Notes: generated by a model from the letters alone, not told the origin. Counted from the stretch's first letter, positions 15,687-25,414 are shown. The stretch: DNA of 46,838 bases from Clostridia bacterium (GCA_017963755.1 JAGCTF010000174.1:1-46838), one strand, 5' to 3'. Program-made: numbers and translations.

Positions 15687-18381
15687 GATCACGCGAGGAG
15701 AAGAAGAGAACCGTATCCTTCCGTTTTTCTGGCTGCACGGAGATGATCAGGACAAATTCGCTTCGGAATTCGATAAGATCGAGGAGGCGGGGATAAAGGC
15801 GGTCTGCCTGGAGTCAAGAACGCATGAGGATTTCTGCGCTGAAGGCTGGTGGGCGGATCTCGATATGATCATGGAAGAGGCAAGGCGGCGCGGAATGAGA
15901 GTGTGGGTCCTTGACGACAGACATTATCCCACAGGAATTGCCAACGGTATGATCGCGAAGAAGTATCCGGAACTCAGAAAATGGCACATGATCGAGAAAC
16001 ACGTTGACGTCGTCGGACCGCAGACCGGCTCGATCATTGTCCACGGCGATGAAGAAAACGTCGTTGAGAAGGCCAGAAAGCTGCTGGCGGCGGTGGCGTG
16101 CAGGCGCGACGGGCCGGATGAGAAAATGACGCCTCCGATGATCGATCTTACGCAGAATATAAAAGGCGATTTCCTTTACTGGGACGTGCCCGAAGGCAAC
16201 TGGCGCGTTTATCTGATTTTTATAAGCCGTGAGGCAACGGCCGGACATATGGTCGATTATATTCATATGATCGATCCGGATTCCGTAGACGTTCTGATAA
16301 ACGAGGCCTACGCGCCGCATTATGATCACTATGCTGCAGATTTCGGTAAAACTTTCGCGGGCTTTTTCTCTGACGAACCTGCGCTCGGTAACTCTTTCCT
16401 GCGCGGCGTGCCTGTAGGCGGATATGATTATAAAATAGGGCTTCAGCTGCTCGGACTTCCGTGGCGCGACGATATGCCGCAGATGTTTGAAAAAAGGCTC
16501 GGTAAAGACTGGAAACTGATGCTCCCCGGGCTCTGGAGGCCGCTCGAAGGAATCACGGCGAAAGTCCGGCTCGCGTATATGGATATTATGACGGGGCTCT
16601 ACCGCGAGTGCTTCGCGATGCGTATCGGAAACTGGTGCCGCGCGCGGGGAGTTGAATATATCGGCCACGTTATCGAAGATATGAACTGCCACGGGCGCAT
16701 GGGGTCAGGTACCGGCCATTATTTCAGGGCACTCGAAGGGCAGGATATGGCGGGAATTGACGTTGTTCTGCACCAGATATTACCGTTTACCGCGCATCTC
16801 GACCATAACTCCAGAGCGGGTTACGGGAGCGTTGACAGCACGTTTTACCACTATATGCTTGGCAAACTGGGCACGTCTTTGGCGTATATGACGCCTCATA
16901 TGAAAGGGCGGACAATGTGCGAGATCTTCGGGGCTTACGGCTGGGCCGAAGGCGTACCGATGATGAAATGGCTGATCGACCATATGCTTGTCCGCGGCGT
17001 CAATTATTTCGTCCCGCATGCGTTTGACACGCACTATCCGCTTAAAGATTGTCCGCCGCATTTTTATGCGCGCGGAAATAACCCCCAGTTCCGCGACTTT
17101 GCCGCGCTTATGCGCTACACCAACCGTATGAGCCACCTGCTGACCGACGGCCGGATCGCTCCCGACGCCGGTGTGTTCTATCACGTTGAAGCGGAATGGA
17201 CGGGCGATGATTATATGCTTTCGGAGTATCCCGCGAAGGCGCTCCTGGATGCGCAGCTCGATTACGTTTTCGTACCTGCTGACGCGCTGGTGAACGCAAA
17301 ACTGAATTCCGACGGTCTGCTTTCGCTTTCGCTTCCCGGCGCGGACGGCCCTTACGGATCAGTAGACCTCACCGTGCCATGCCTGGTTATGCCTGAGGCC
17401 GGAACGCTTCCTGAGCCGGTAATGAGAAAACTTTGTGAACTTTCTCGCGCCGGTTTCCCTGTAGCATTCGCCGGTTCAGTTACCAGAATGTCTGATTACG
17501 GTCCTGTGCCTCTGCCGGAAACAGTAAAGGCTCTTTCGCTCGATGAACTGCCGGGGTTCGTGCGAATCGCGTCTCATAGGGGGACCGTGCGTGTGTCTCC
17601 TGAGTTCCCGCTTTTAAGAACTTTCAGGTACGAGCGCGGCGGCAACGTTTATTATATGGTTTTCAATGAAGACGTCCGTCCGTTCAGCGGTACTGTTTCG
17701 TTCCCGGTAAAAGGCGCGGATCATGCTGCAAAACTTGATCTGCTTTATATGAGATATTCTGAGGCACGTATCGACGCCCTCGGCGGAAATGCAGGAGTGA
17801 CTGTCGCGCTTGAGCTTTCACCGTACGAATCGTGTGTGTTTGCGTTCGGAGAAGATTCGCTCGCAATCCTGAGCTCTGATGAGTCGCTTTTGACCCTGTC
17901 GCCTGCAAGCTCAGGGGAGCACGATGCGGCCGGAAGCAGGAACGTACTGCTTGACCTCTTCGACATTTCCAAGTGTGCCGCCACCGAATATCCCGCATAT
18001 ACTGAAGTTGCCAAAGACAGCCCGCTGTTCGATATCACCGGGCCTGAAGGCGATCCGCGCTTCTGCGGTTATATCCGCTACGAGGCGAGATTCGAAGCGA
18101 AGGCGGGAGAGGTGCTTAAAGAGATCGATCTCGGCCGGGTGGGCGAGACGGCGCACGTTTCTCTTAACGGCGTCAATATCGGTTTCTCGATCTGCCCTCC
18201 GTACCGCATCTGCCCGGCCGGTCAGGCAGCCTCATCCGCGGTTTTAAAGGACGGCGTCAACGTCCTCGTTGTGGAGGTGGCGAATTCTATGGCTTACCTG
18301 CAGCGTGACAAGTTCTCGATCGAGCTTATGGTGAGCGCTTCCGGGCTGCTTGACCCCGTGAAACTTACGATAACTAAATAA
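15667..18381 (+). CDS. cytoplasmic glycoside hydrolase-like protein (GH106-like / 'glycosylhydrolase-like jelly-roll' architecture; family assignment tentative)
   Basis: No signal peptide. The N-terminal 'ILPFFWLHGDDQDKFASEFDKIEEAGIKAVCLESR' resembles the P-FW-W-hG opening of GH106-type enzymes. The C-terminal galactose-binding-like segment reads 'ETAHVSLNGVNIGFSICPPYR'. The start overlaps the LOG gene by 20 nt, with a GGAGA RBS. Confidence 0.55.
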   Translation: MDKKLYEITRGEEENRILPFFWLHGDDQDKFASEFDKIEEAGIKAVCLESRTHEDFCAEGWWADLDMIMEEARRRGMRVWVLDDRHYPTGIANGMIAKKYPELRKWHMIEKHVDVVGPQTGSIIVHGDEENVVEKARKLLAAVACRRDGPDEKMTPPMIDLTQNIKGDFLYWDVPEGNWRVYLIFISREATAGHMVDYIHMIDPDSVDVLINEAYAPHYDHYAADFGKTFAGFFSDEPALGNSFLRGVPVGGYDYKIGLQLLGLPWRDDMPQMFEKRLGKDWKLMLPGLWRPLEGITAKVRLAYMDIMTGLYRECFAMRIGNWCRARGVEYIGHVIEDMNCHGRMGSGTGHYFRALEGQDMAGIDVVLHQILPFTAHLDHNSRAGYGSVDSTFYHYMLGKLGTSLAYMTPHMKGRTMCEIFGAYGWAEGVPMMKWLIDHMLVRGVNYFVPHAFDTHYPLKDCPPHFYARGNNPQFRDFAALMRYTNRMSHLLTDGRIAPDAGVFYHVEAEWTGDDYMLSEYPAKALLDAQLDYVFVPADALVNAKLNSDGLLSLSLPGADGPYGSVDLTVPCLVMPEAGTLPEPVMRKLCELSRAGFPVAFAGSVTRMSDYGPVPLPETVKALSLDELPGFVRIASHRGTVRVSPEFPLLRTFRYERGGNVYYMVFNEDVRPFSGTVSFPVKGADHAAKLDLLYMRYSEARIDALGGNAGVTVALELSPYESCVFAFGEDSLAILSSDESLLTLSPASSGEHDAAGSRNVLLDLFDISKCAATEYPAYTEVAKDSPLFDITGPEGDPRFCGYIRYEARFEAKAGEVLKEIDLGRVGETAHVSLNGVNIGFSICPPYRICPAGQAASSAVLKDGVNVLVVEVANSMAYLQRDKFSIELMVSASGLLDPVKLTITK

Positions 18382-18459
18382 GAGTGTTATTTCAGATAAA
18401 AATATGCTAAAATGCAAACGTTTTATACAAACACCCAAACTAACTAATATGGAGGAAAC

Positions 18460-19617
18460 ATGAAAAAGAAACTGTCCTGCTTTGTTTCGGCCGTTCTGGC
18501 GGTGATAATGATACTTTCACTTGCCGGATGTACGGCGCCGAAAAAGTATTCCGAGCATCTTGACGATTACGTCTTTACGGCACGGTACCACGATAACTTT
18601 AACATTCTGCAATTGACCGACATCCACTGGAACGTGAATACTTCCACGAAGTCTTCGATGAACTACCTCGACAAGCTGTTCAAAGAAGTCAGCGATCACC
18701 TCGCAGCGACACAGGGCGAGGGCGCGAAAATTGACCTCGTCGAACTGACAGGCGATATGTTTATGCTTGCCAACAGCTATCACCTGAATACTTTTGTGGA
18801 TTATTTTGAAAAGAAAGCGGAAGAGTACGGCTTCATTTACGCGCCGATCTGGGGAAATCACGACAGACACAGCCTGTACCATCCGAACGAACTTGCAAAG
18901 CGTTTTAAGAACGCAAAGCACTGCGTCTATTTTGAACCGTCGGACGATCTTTACGGAAGAAGCAATTTCGTTATCAACCTTACTGAAGACGGTACTAAGA
19001 ATTCTTCCGTCGCGTGGATGATCGCGAACCTTGACTCCGGCGCGGCGTTCTCAGAAACGGAACTGTCTGTTTTCAGAGACTACGATTACATCCGTCCTGA
19101 ACAGACCGACTGGTTTATTGCCGAACACGCGCTTGCAGGCGAGAACGTTCCGGCCATAGCTTATTATCACATTCCGCAGGATGAAAACGAAAAAGCCTGG
19201 AAAGCAGTTTCCGAAGAAGGCGCCGATATCAGGAACAAATTCTTCAGGCTTGAGGAGTTTGCGGACAACGGCAATGAAAAGTATGCGAGTGATTTTATTG
19301 ATCGCGCCAAAGACCATAATCTCAAAGCTGCGTTTATGGGTCATGCGCATAACGTCGACTGGACGTTTGAGTATGAGGGCGTCGTGATAGGTCTCGGAGT
19401 TAAAACGGGCACCGAGCTTTATTTCGCACATATCGACGTGGAATCAGACGACGAAGCGATGAAGGCAGGCCTTAAATCTGTGAATATTACAGAAAATTTC
19501 GATCTCATCGGCGCGTCATTGGTGACGCTTACAGGCCGCGACGGCTCCTTTGATCTGGAGCATCTCTATTTTAACGAAAGGAAAGACGGAAACTTCGCCG
19601 TCTGGGTGAAATGGTGA
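18460..19617 (+). CDS. metallophosphoesterase (calcineurin-like) lipoprotein
   Basis: Lipobox 'LSLAGC'. The full metallophosphoesterase motif set is present: 'LTDIHW', 'GDMF', 'WGNHD', 'YYHIP' and 'GHAHN'. Confidence 0.85.
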   Translation: MKKKLSCFVSAVLAVIMILSLAGCTAPKKYSEHLDDYVFTARYHDNFNILQLTDIHWNVNTSTKSSMNYLDKLFKEVSDHLAATQGEGAKIDLVELTGDMFMLANSYHLNTFVDYFEKKAEEYGFIYAPIWGNHDRHSLYHPNELAKRFKNAKHCVYFEPSDDLYGRSNFVINLTEDGTKNSSVAWMIANLDSGAAFSETELSVFRDYDYIRPEQTDWFIAEHALAGENVPAIAYYHIPQDENEKAWKAVSEEGADIRNKFFRLEEFADNGNEKYASDFIDRAKDHNLKAAFMGHAHNVDWTFEYEGVVIGLGVKTGTELYFAHIDVESDDEAMKAGLKSVNITENFDLIGASLVTLTGRDGSFDLEHLYFNERKDGNFAVWVKW

Positions 19618-20612
19618 TGAAAAAGATTTTTGACCGCAATAATTTTGTCCTGGCGCAGCTGGACGGAAAGCAGAAAAAACAGTCGGTGATCGTTCTGGCG
19701 GCTGTAATTATATTCTTTATACTTTCCGCGTTTACTTTCATGAATTTCTTATACTGCCTCTCGGACTGCATCGGTTCGATCGTATGTTCATCGGCAGACG
19801 TTGCTATTCGGGACGCGCTCAGATCGTGTCCTGTTTTCCTGTCGTTCTTCATATCTCTCAGCGGACTGATGGTCGCCCATACTTTCTACAGGAACGAAAG
19901 CCCTGAGATCCTTCATAAAAAAGCGAAGAAACACGCGATCATCGGCATAGTGCTGGGCGCACTGCTCATCGTCTACGTTATCGTAATGCGCATCGCCGGA
20001 AAATACCTTTCACTCGTAGAAGGAGCGCCTTCTCCCATATATCCGCTCGATTCTGTACTATACGCGCTGCTCTTTATCGTGCTCGGCATTCTGGTTATTC
20101 TTTTCCTTAAAAAAGATGCAGCGTCGCAGCTGTTCTGCGGCGCCTCGAGGGCTCCTCTCCAGAAGAAGGGCAGAGGAGTGCGAAGCGTTTTCAGAACGTT
20201 CTGGCTGCTCATAGCGCTCTACGGATTCTGCGGCTTCTTCTACAGCTTCTTTATCGTTGACTTCTCTATAGGATACGTACCGTACAGTATTGCGATGCTG
20301 CTCGTATCATTTGTCGCCTGTCTGACTCTCGCGGTATGGGAACTGTTCTACAACAACCTTACGGCAGAAAAACGCAAAGAATTTACTTTGCCGCTTGCAA
20401 TCATCTCTCTTGCCGTATCGGTCGCGGTAACGGTATTCTATTTCCTTGCCCTGAAGGGCAATCTCGACGGGCCTTCCAACGTCGGTTTCGGACTGCTTCC
20501 GGTAGCGTTTTCCGCGAGCGTGAATTTTGCGACGCTGATCGTGGTGGCAACGCCTTTGATAGTCTCTGTAACCGCGCTGATCAGAGGTATTACCAGGAGA
20601 AAGCGTAAATAA
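19617..20612 (+). CDS. polytopic integral membrane protein, function unknown
   Basis: At least 7 hydrophobic helices are visible, and the tail is basic ('RGITRRKRK'). The start overlaps the upstream stop (TGATGA). ATG 19611 is an in-frame alternative. Confidence 0.7.
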   Translation: MKKIFDRNNFVLAQLDGKQKKQSVIVLAAVIIFFILSAFTFMNFLYCLSDCIGSIVCSSADVAIRDALRSCPVFLSFFISLSGLMVAHTFYRNESPEILHKKAKKHAIIGIVLGALLIVYVIVMRIAGKYLSLVEGAPSPIYPLDSVLYALLFIVLGILVILFLKKDAASQLFCGASRAPLQKKGRGVRSVFRTFWLLIALYGFCGFFYSFFIVDFSIGYVPYSIAMLLVSFVACLTLAVWELFYNNLTAEKRKEFTLPLAIISLAVSVAVTVFYFLALKGNLDGPSNVGFGLLPVAFSASVNFATLIVVATPLIVSVTALIRGITRRKRK

Positions 20613-20614
20613 AA

Positions 20615-21136
20615 ATGGATCTGAAAACAGGATCTGAATTAAGCCATATTACAGCAAAGCGGCTGCTGCTTCTTATCTTAGCAGCAGCCCTGCTTTCTTT
20701 TGCCTTATCCGGCTGCAGTCTGCTGCGCTATTATTTTTCGCCCGAAGATGACGCTAAAGATAAGATCAAAGTGAATATTCAACTTGATCTGGAAGAAGAT
20801 ATCGGGCTGCTTGTAATAAATCATAACGTAAACGGTAAAACCGGAGCAGGAGGCATTTCGAATGCTGACAGATCGATGCTGAAGCGAAATAGCAAAGATC
20901 TATGGTGGGATTTTGAAAAGGAGCGTCACGAAGTCGCGGGAGACACTGCCGATATTATAATCAGTTTTATCGTCGTGACAAAATATTTCGAGCCCAATTA
21001 CGAAAATGATTATCCTGAAGAATTTCAAATCCCTGTCAACGAGATCCGCTTTACAGCCGCTTTCGGAGAGACGGTTACGGTGAAGCTCACCGGGAGTAAA
21101 GAAAATGGATACTCCGCGACGGTTGTTGACCGATAA
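20615..21136 (+). CDS. lipoprotein, function unknown
   Basis: Signal peptide plus lipobox 'FALSGC'. It starts 2 nt after the upstream stop. Confidence 0.7.
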   Translation: MDLKTGSELSHITAKRLLLLILAAALLSFALSGCSLLRYYFSPEDDAKDKIKVNIQLDLEEDIGLLVINHNVNGKTGAGGISNADRSMLKRNSKDLWWDFEKERHEVAGDTADIIISFIVVTKYFEPNYENDYPEEFQIPVNEIRFTAAFGETVTVKLTGSKENGYSATVVDR

Positions 21137-21155
21137 AATGATTCGGGAGAGCGTT

Positions 21156-21797
21156 ATGAAAATATATGAATACGGAAACAGCGAAGCGGATATTGTCCTG
21201 TTGCAGCCTGTAGACGATCATGATCTCGAATTCATTAAACACGAAGCAGATTTGATCGCCGCAGGATGCGGGCGTTCTTTCAGATTGATCGCGGTAAAAG
21301 TTGAAGACTGGAACAAAGATCTGTCTCCGTGGGAGGCGCCGCCCGTATTTGGTAAAGAGAGCTTCGGCTCCGGAGCCCCGGATACTCTTTCTGAACTTAT
21401 CAAACTGTGCGGCGATAAAAGCAAAACGTATTTTATAGGCGGATATTCACTTGCGGGCCTTTTCGCGCTCTGGGCGTCTTATCAGACTGACGTGTTCAAA
21501 GCAGTCTGCGCCGCGTCGCCTTCCGTCTGGTTTCCGGATTTTACAGATTATATGAGCGCGAATGAGATTCGGACAGGGATCGTCTACTTAAGTCTCGGAG
21601 ACAGAGAGGAAAAAACGCGGAATCCGTTAATGGCTTCGGTAGGCGGCAATATCCGCAAGGCATATGAACTGCTCCGTGAGCGCGGGATCAACTGCGTGCT
21701 TGAATGGAACGAGGGCAATCATTTTAAAGAACCTGATATCAGGACGGCGAAAGCGTTTATTTGGGCGGTCAATAATTATGAAGCAGGAACAGTTTAA
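21156..21797 (+). CDS. alpha/beta-hydrolase fold esterase
   Basis: Nucleophile elbow 'GGYSLAG' (GxSxG), with a downstream 'LSLGDRE' and 'EGNHF' (candidate Asp/His). A GGGAGAG RBS precedes ATG 21156. The ORF-track start at 21105 overlaps the upstream gene. Confidence 0.75.
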   Translation: MKIYEYGNSEADIVLLQPVDDHDLEFIKHEADLIAAGCGRSFRLIAVKVEDWNKDLSPWEAPPVFGKESFGSGAPDTLSELIKLCGDKSKTYFIGGYSLAGLFALWASYQTDVFKAVCAASPSVWFPDFTDYMSANEIRTGIVYLSLGDREEKTRNPLMASVGGNIRKAYELLRERGINCVLEWNEGNHFKEPDIRTAKAFIWAVNNYEAGTV

Positions 21798-23562
21798 GAC
21801 GATCGAACGGGAAGTGGATTTCTGCGTAGTAGGCGGAGGGCTTGCGGGCCTTTGCGCCGCTGTCAGTGCTGCGAGACACGGAGTAAAGACTGCGCTTATA
21901 CAGGAGCGCCCCATGCTCGGAGGCAATGCTTCCAGCGAGATACGTATGTGGGTGTGCGGTGCCGGTTTCAGAGGCGGTAACAAGCGCGAGACCGGTATTA
22001 TCGAAGAACTGATGCTCGAGAATATGTACCGCAACCCGGACAAGAATTATTCGGTCTGGGACGGGATCCTTTACGAACTTGCCGTCAACGAACCGAACCT
22101 TACTCTGATCCTTAATTGCTCTGTCAATTCTCTTGAAATGTGCGGGGACAAAATCGCCAGCGTCACCGGGTGGCAGATGACTACTCAGCGCTTCCAGACC
22201 GTGCGCGCTAAATTGTTCGCGGATTGCTCCGGAGACAGCGTGCTTGCCCCTCTCTCCGGCGCGGATCATACGATAGGCCGTGAGGCGAGATCGATGTTCG
22301 GAGAAAGCATTGCCCCCGAATCCGGCGACCGCCTGACTATGGGCATGAGCTGCATGATACAGGCGAGGGAAGAAGCGCGCCCGAGCACGTTCATTCCGCC
22401 TGCGTGGGCTTATCATTTTACCGCTGATGATATCTTTCACCGCGTGCCCGATATGAGCAATCCCGATGAGAACTTCTGGTATCTTGAAATAGGCGGAGAT
22501 GCCGATTCTATCGGCGATACGGAAGAAAAGCGCGACGAATTGCTGAAGATCGCATACGGGCTCTGGGATTACGTTAAAAACGCTCCGGAGAACAAGGCTA
22601 AAAACGCAAACTGGCGCCTCGACTGGGTCGGTATTCTTCCGGGAAAGCGCGAGAGCCGCCGCTATCTGGGCGACGTAATAATGACGCAGAATGACGTCAG
22701 CGCAGGAGGCCTATTCCCGGATCTTGTAGCGTACGGAGGCTGGCAGATGGACGATCACGATCCGCGCGGCTTCTATTCTAAAGGACGTCCCAACGTCAAT
22801 TATCCGGCTCCGTGCCCGTACGGAATACCGTACAGAAGTCTTTATTCCCGAAACGTATCAAATCTGCTTTTCGCAGGCCGCAATATTTCGGTAACGCACT
22901 GGGCGCTGAGTTCTACGCGCGTTATGGGTACGTGTGCGATTGTAGGTCAGGCGGCGGGGACCGCGGCGTATCTGGCTGTCCGCGACGGACTTACGCCCCG
23001 CGGCGTTTTCGAAAAGGATATCGGGGAACTGCAGGCGATACTCATGGACGATGACTGTTATCTGCCTTTCCATACCCGCAAGGTACCGGAACTGACAATG
23101 AATGCGGAAATTGACTGCCCTTCGCCGGATAAAGAAAATCTCAGGAACGGGATCGACCGCCCGATCGACGGCAGCGATAACGGAGTTACGTTGACGGCAG
23201 GGCAGAGTGCCGCATATCTGTTCGATAAAACGCGGAGTATCTCGCGCGTACGCATCATCTGGGACAGCGACCTTGACCGCGATACTATGCCGCTCATAGG
23301 AGGCCGCCCGTTCCGTCTTAATATGCTGGCAAACAGGCCGCTTAACTGTCCCGATTTTTACGTTCCGAAAACTATGACCAGATCTTACCGTATCGAAGGA
23401 CTTCGCGAGTCCGGAGAGTGGGTCAATATTTATGAATGCGGCGACAATCATCAGCGCCTCAACGTGGTTCAGCTTGAGGGAGAGTTCCGCGGCGTGCGGC
23501 TCGTTCCGCTGTCAACGTGGGGCAGCCCCGATTTCCATATTTTTTCTTTCGACGTTCAGTGA
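21778..23562 (+). CDS. FAD-dependent oxidoreductase (FAD_oxidored/GIDA-like family frequently found in glycan-utilisation loci)
   Basis: Dinucleotide-binding motif 'DFCVVGGGLAGLCAAVSAARHGVKTALIQERPMLGGN'. I chose ATG 21778 (MKQEQF), which overlaps the esterase stop by 20 nt; the ORF-track start at 21664 lies inside the esterase gene. Confidence 0.8.
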   Translation: MKQEQFKTIEREVDFCVVGGGLAGLCAAVSAARHGVKTALIQERPMLGGNASSEIRMWVCGAGFRGGNKRETGIIEELMLENMYRNPDKNYSVWDGILYELAVNEPNLTLILNCSVNSLEMCGDKIASVTGWQMTTQRFQTVRAKLFADCSGDSVLAPLSGADHTIGREARSMFGESIAPESGDRLTMGMSCMIQAREEARPSTFIPPAWAYHFTADDIFHRVPDMSNPDENFWYLEIGGDADSIGDTEEKRDELLKIAYGLWDYVKNAPENKAKNANWRLDWVGILPGKRESRRYLGDVIMTQNDVSAGGLFPDLVAYGGWQMDDHDPRGFYSKGRPNVNYPAPCPYGIPYRSLYSRNVSNLLFAGRNISVTHWALSSTRVMGTCAIVGQAAGTAAYLAVRDGLTPRGVFEKDIGELQAILMDDDCYLPFHTRKVPELTMNAEIDCPSPDKENLRNGIDRPIDGSDNGVTLTAGQSAAYLFDKTRSISRVRIIWDSDLDRDTMPLIGGRPFRLNMLANRPLNCPDFYVPKTMTRSYRIEGLRESGEWVNIYECGDNHQRLNVVQLEGEFRGVRLVPLSTWGSPDFHIFSFDVQ

Positions 23563-23581
23563 TTTATAAAGGGACCCGGCG

Positions 23582-24343
23582 TCAGAATCCGAGCTTTTTA
23601 GAGATGTTGTCAGCGATACGAATTATCTTTTCGGCGATCGGTCCGACCGCTTCTGTCGTGACGCGTTCGACCGGGCCCGAGATACCTATTGACGCCACTG
23701 CGGAACCGGTATAATCATATATGCAGGAGGCGATACAGCGCATGCCGGGCGTCGTTTCTTCGTCGTCAACGGCGTACCTGCGCGCTTTGTTTGCTTTTGC
23801 CTCGAGCATCAGTTCCGGGCAGGACGTGATCGTATACTGAGTATGTTTTTCAAGCGGCCTTCCTGATAGCAGGCTGAGCTGTCTGTCTTCATCAAGTGCA
23901 TAAAAGAGGGCTTTCCCGTGCGCGGTACAGTGTACTTCTTCGACGTCTCCGGTTTTCAGAATAACGCCTAGATACTGCCTTTTCGTACAGCAGTCGATTA
24001 TATATATTCTGTCATCCTCCCATACGCTGAGACCCGCAGCCTCTCCCGTGACGTCGGCAAGCTCTTCCAGAAACGGATGGGCGATCGATCTGATGTCGTA
24101 CTTGTCGAGCACTCTGTCCCTGAATTTGCAAAGTTTAAGGCCGAGCTCGTACTTACCGTTGTCACCGATCTGTTCGACGTAACCGGCGGCTTCGAGCGTC
24201 CGAAGGAGCCTGTATGCCGTACTTTTATTAACGCCTAAAAAACGGCCTAGTTCAGTGACCCCCATCTTACCGTGCTCATATATGAGGTCAAGGATCTCAA
24301 GACCTCTTGATAACGAATTGATCGTCTGGATACCGTTGTCCAT
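23582..24343 (-). CDS. IclR family transcriptional regulator
   Basis: wHTH 'MGVTELGRFLGVNKSTAYRLLRTLEAAGYVEQ' plus a C-terminal IclR effector domain. I chose the start at 24343 (MDNGIQT, GGTGGA RBS). The longer ORF-track start (24409) would run through the consensus -35 box of the divergent operon. Confidence 0.85.
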   Translation of the reverse strand: MDNGIQTINSLSRGLEILDLIYEHGKMGVTELGRFLGVNKSTAYRLLRTLEAAGYVEQIGDNGKYELGLKLCKFRDRVLDKYDIRSIAHPFLEELADVTGEAAGLSVWEDDRIYIIDCCTKRQYLGVILKTGDVEEVHCTAHGKALFYALDEDRQLSLLSGRPLEKHTQYTITSCPELMLEAKANKARRYAVDDEETTPGMRCIASCIYDYTGSAVASIGISGPVERVTTEAVGPIAEKIIRIADNISKKLGF

Positions 24344-24402
24344 CGCAAATCCACCGCCAAAATGCATACATGATCCATTGCCTCCGCGGACAAATTCGAA
24401 TA

Positions 24403-24432
24403 TTGACACGCGCGGTCAATGAATGGTATAAT
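24403..24432 (+). promoter_or_regulatory. near-consensus sigma-A promoter of the catabolic operon
   Basis: TTGACA (24403-24408), an 18-nt spacer, then TATAAT (24427-24432), preceded by TGg (extended -10). It lies ~85 nt upstream of ATG 24518. Confidence 0.7.
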
Positions 24433-24449
24433 TTTACCATAAGAAACGC

Positions 24450-24466
24450 GTTGCGTCAAGCGCAAC
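24450..24466. promoter_or_regulatory. inverted repeat just downstream of the predicted transcription start (candidate IclR operator or 5'-UTR hairpin)
   Basis: GTTGCG-tcaag-CGCAAC is a perfect 6-bp inverted repeat. A second palindrome, TGGTA-taatTT-TACCA (24424-24439), overlaps the -10 box. Confidence 0.35.
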
Positions 24467-24517
24467 AAATTTCGCAAACAAAACATAATTTATCATATGA
24501 TTCAAGGAGTGGTTTTT

Positions 24518-25375
24518 ATGCTCAGATTAGGCTTCCTGGCTAACGGCGAGATGCTCGGATGGGAGAGCGAGAAGCTTTGCGCCTTTATACGCGAGTCAGG
24601 CTACGACTGTGTCGAACTGATCGACGATATCATTTTTTCTCCTGATAAACCTGAAAGCTATGTCAAAGGCCTGCTCAAAGCCGCGGCTGAGAATAACGTT
24701 CAGATCTCCGAGATCCTCGTTCAGCACGATCTCGTTATGAAAGATGAGGTCGCCAGACGCGCTTCCGTAGAACTTATCAAAACGAATATCAAAAAGGCAG
24801 CCGGGATGGGCGTTAATACGGTAAATCTTTTCACTGGCCCCGTTCCTTGGATGCCCGGTGCGCTTAAAGTAGGCAGAGACATTTCTTTTGAAGATACGTG
24901 GAATATGATCTTCTCCGCGTTTGATGAGATCATTCCCGTGGCTGAAAAGAACGGTGTCCGTCTCGCGGTCGAAAACGTCTGGGGCATGGCGGCGCACGAT
25001 TTCTTCACTAACAGCTTTTTGCAGAATCATTATGATTCGAAAAATCTCGGTGTAAACCTCGACGTTTCCCACGATACACTTTACGGGATCAAAGATCCTG
25101 CGTTCATCGTTAAATCGTGGGGGAAGGATAAGATCTTCCACGTCCATCTCAAGGACGCGGTCGGTATCCCCGAGGACGGCAGCTTCGTGTTCCCGGTGAT
25201 CGGCGAAGGCGTTGTGAATTTCAGGGCTCTGTTCGGAGCGCTGCGAGATATCGGATACGACGGAACTGTCAGCGTGGAATTTGAATCCTGGGCTTACCGG
25301 AACACCGTGTACGGCGGACAGCACGCACCCGCGGCTCCGGAGATGAGAAAAATTCTGGACAAGTTTTTAAATTAA
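24518..25375 (+). CDS. xylose isomerase-like TIM-barrel protein (sugar phosphate isomerase/epimerase family; IolE/IolI-like)
   Basis: Family-typical segments 'VELI...', 'MGVNTVNLFTG', 'GVRLAVENVWG', 'NLGVNLDVSH', 'HVHLKD' and 'YDGTVSVEFE'. A GGAG RBS precedes ATG 24518. Confidence 0.8.
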   Translation: MLRLGFLANGEMLGWESEKLCAFIRESGYDCVELIDDIIFSPDKPESYVKGLLKAAAENNVQISEILVQHDLVMKDEVARRASVELIKTNIKKAAGMGVNTVNLFTGPVPWMPGALKVGRDISFEDTWNMIFSAFDEIIPVAEKNGVRLAVENVWGMAAHDFFTNSFLQNHYDSKNLGVNLDVSHDTLYGIKDPAFIVKSWGKDKIFHVHLKDAVGIPEDGSFVFPVIGEGVVNFRALFGALRDIGYDGTVSVEFESWAYRNTVYGGQHAPAAPEMRKILDKFLN

Positions 25376-25414
25376 AACGCATTTTTGAACAGTCTTGGAA
25401 AGGGGACTTTTATT

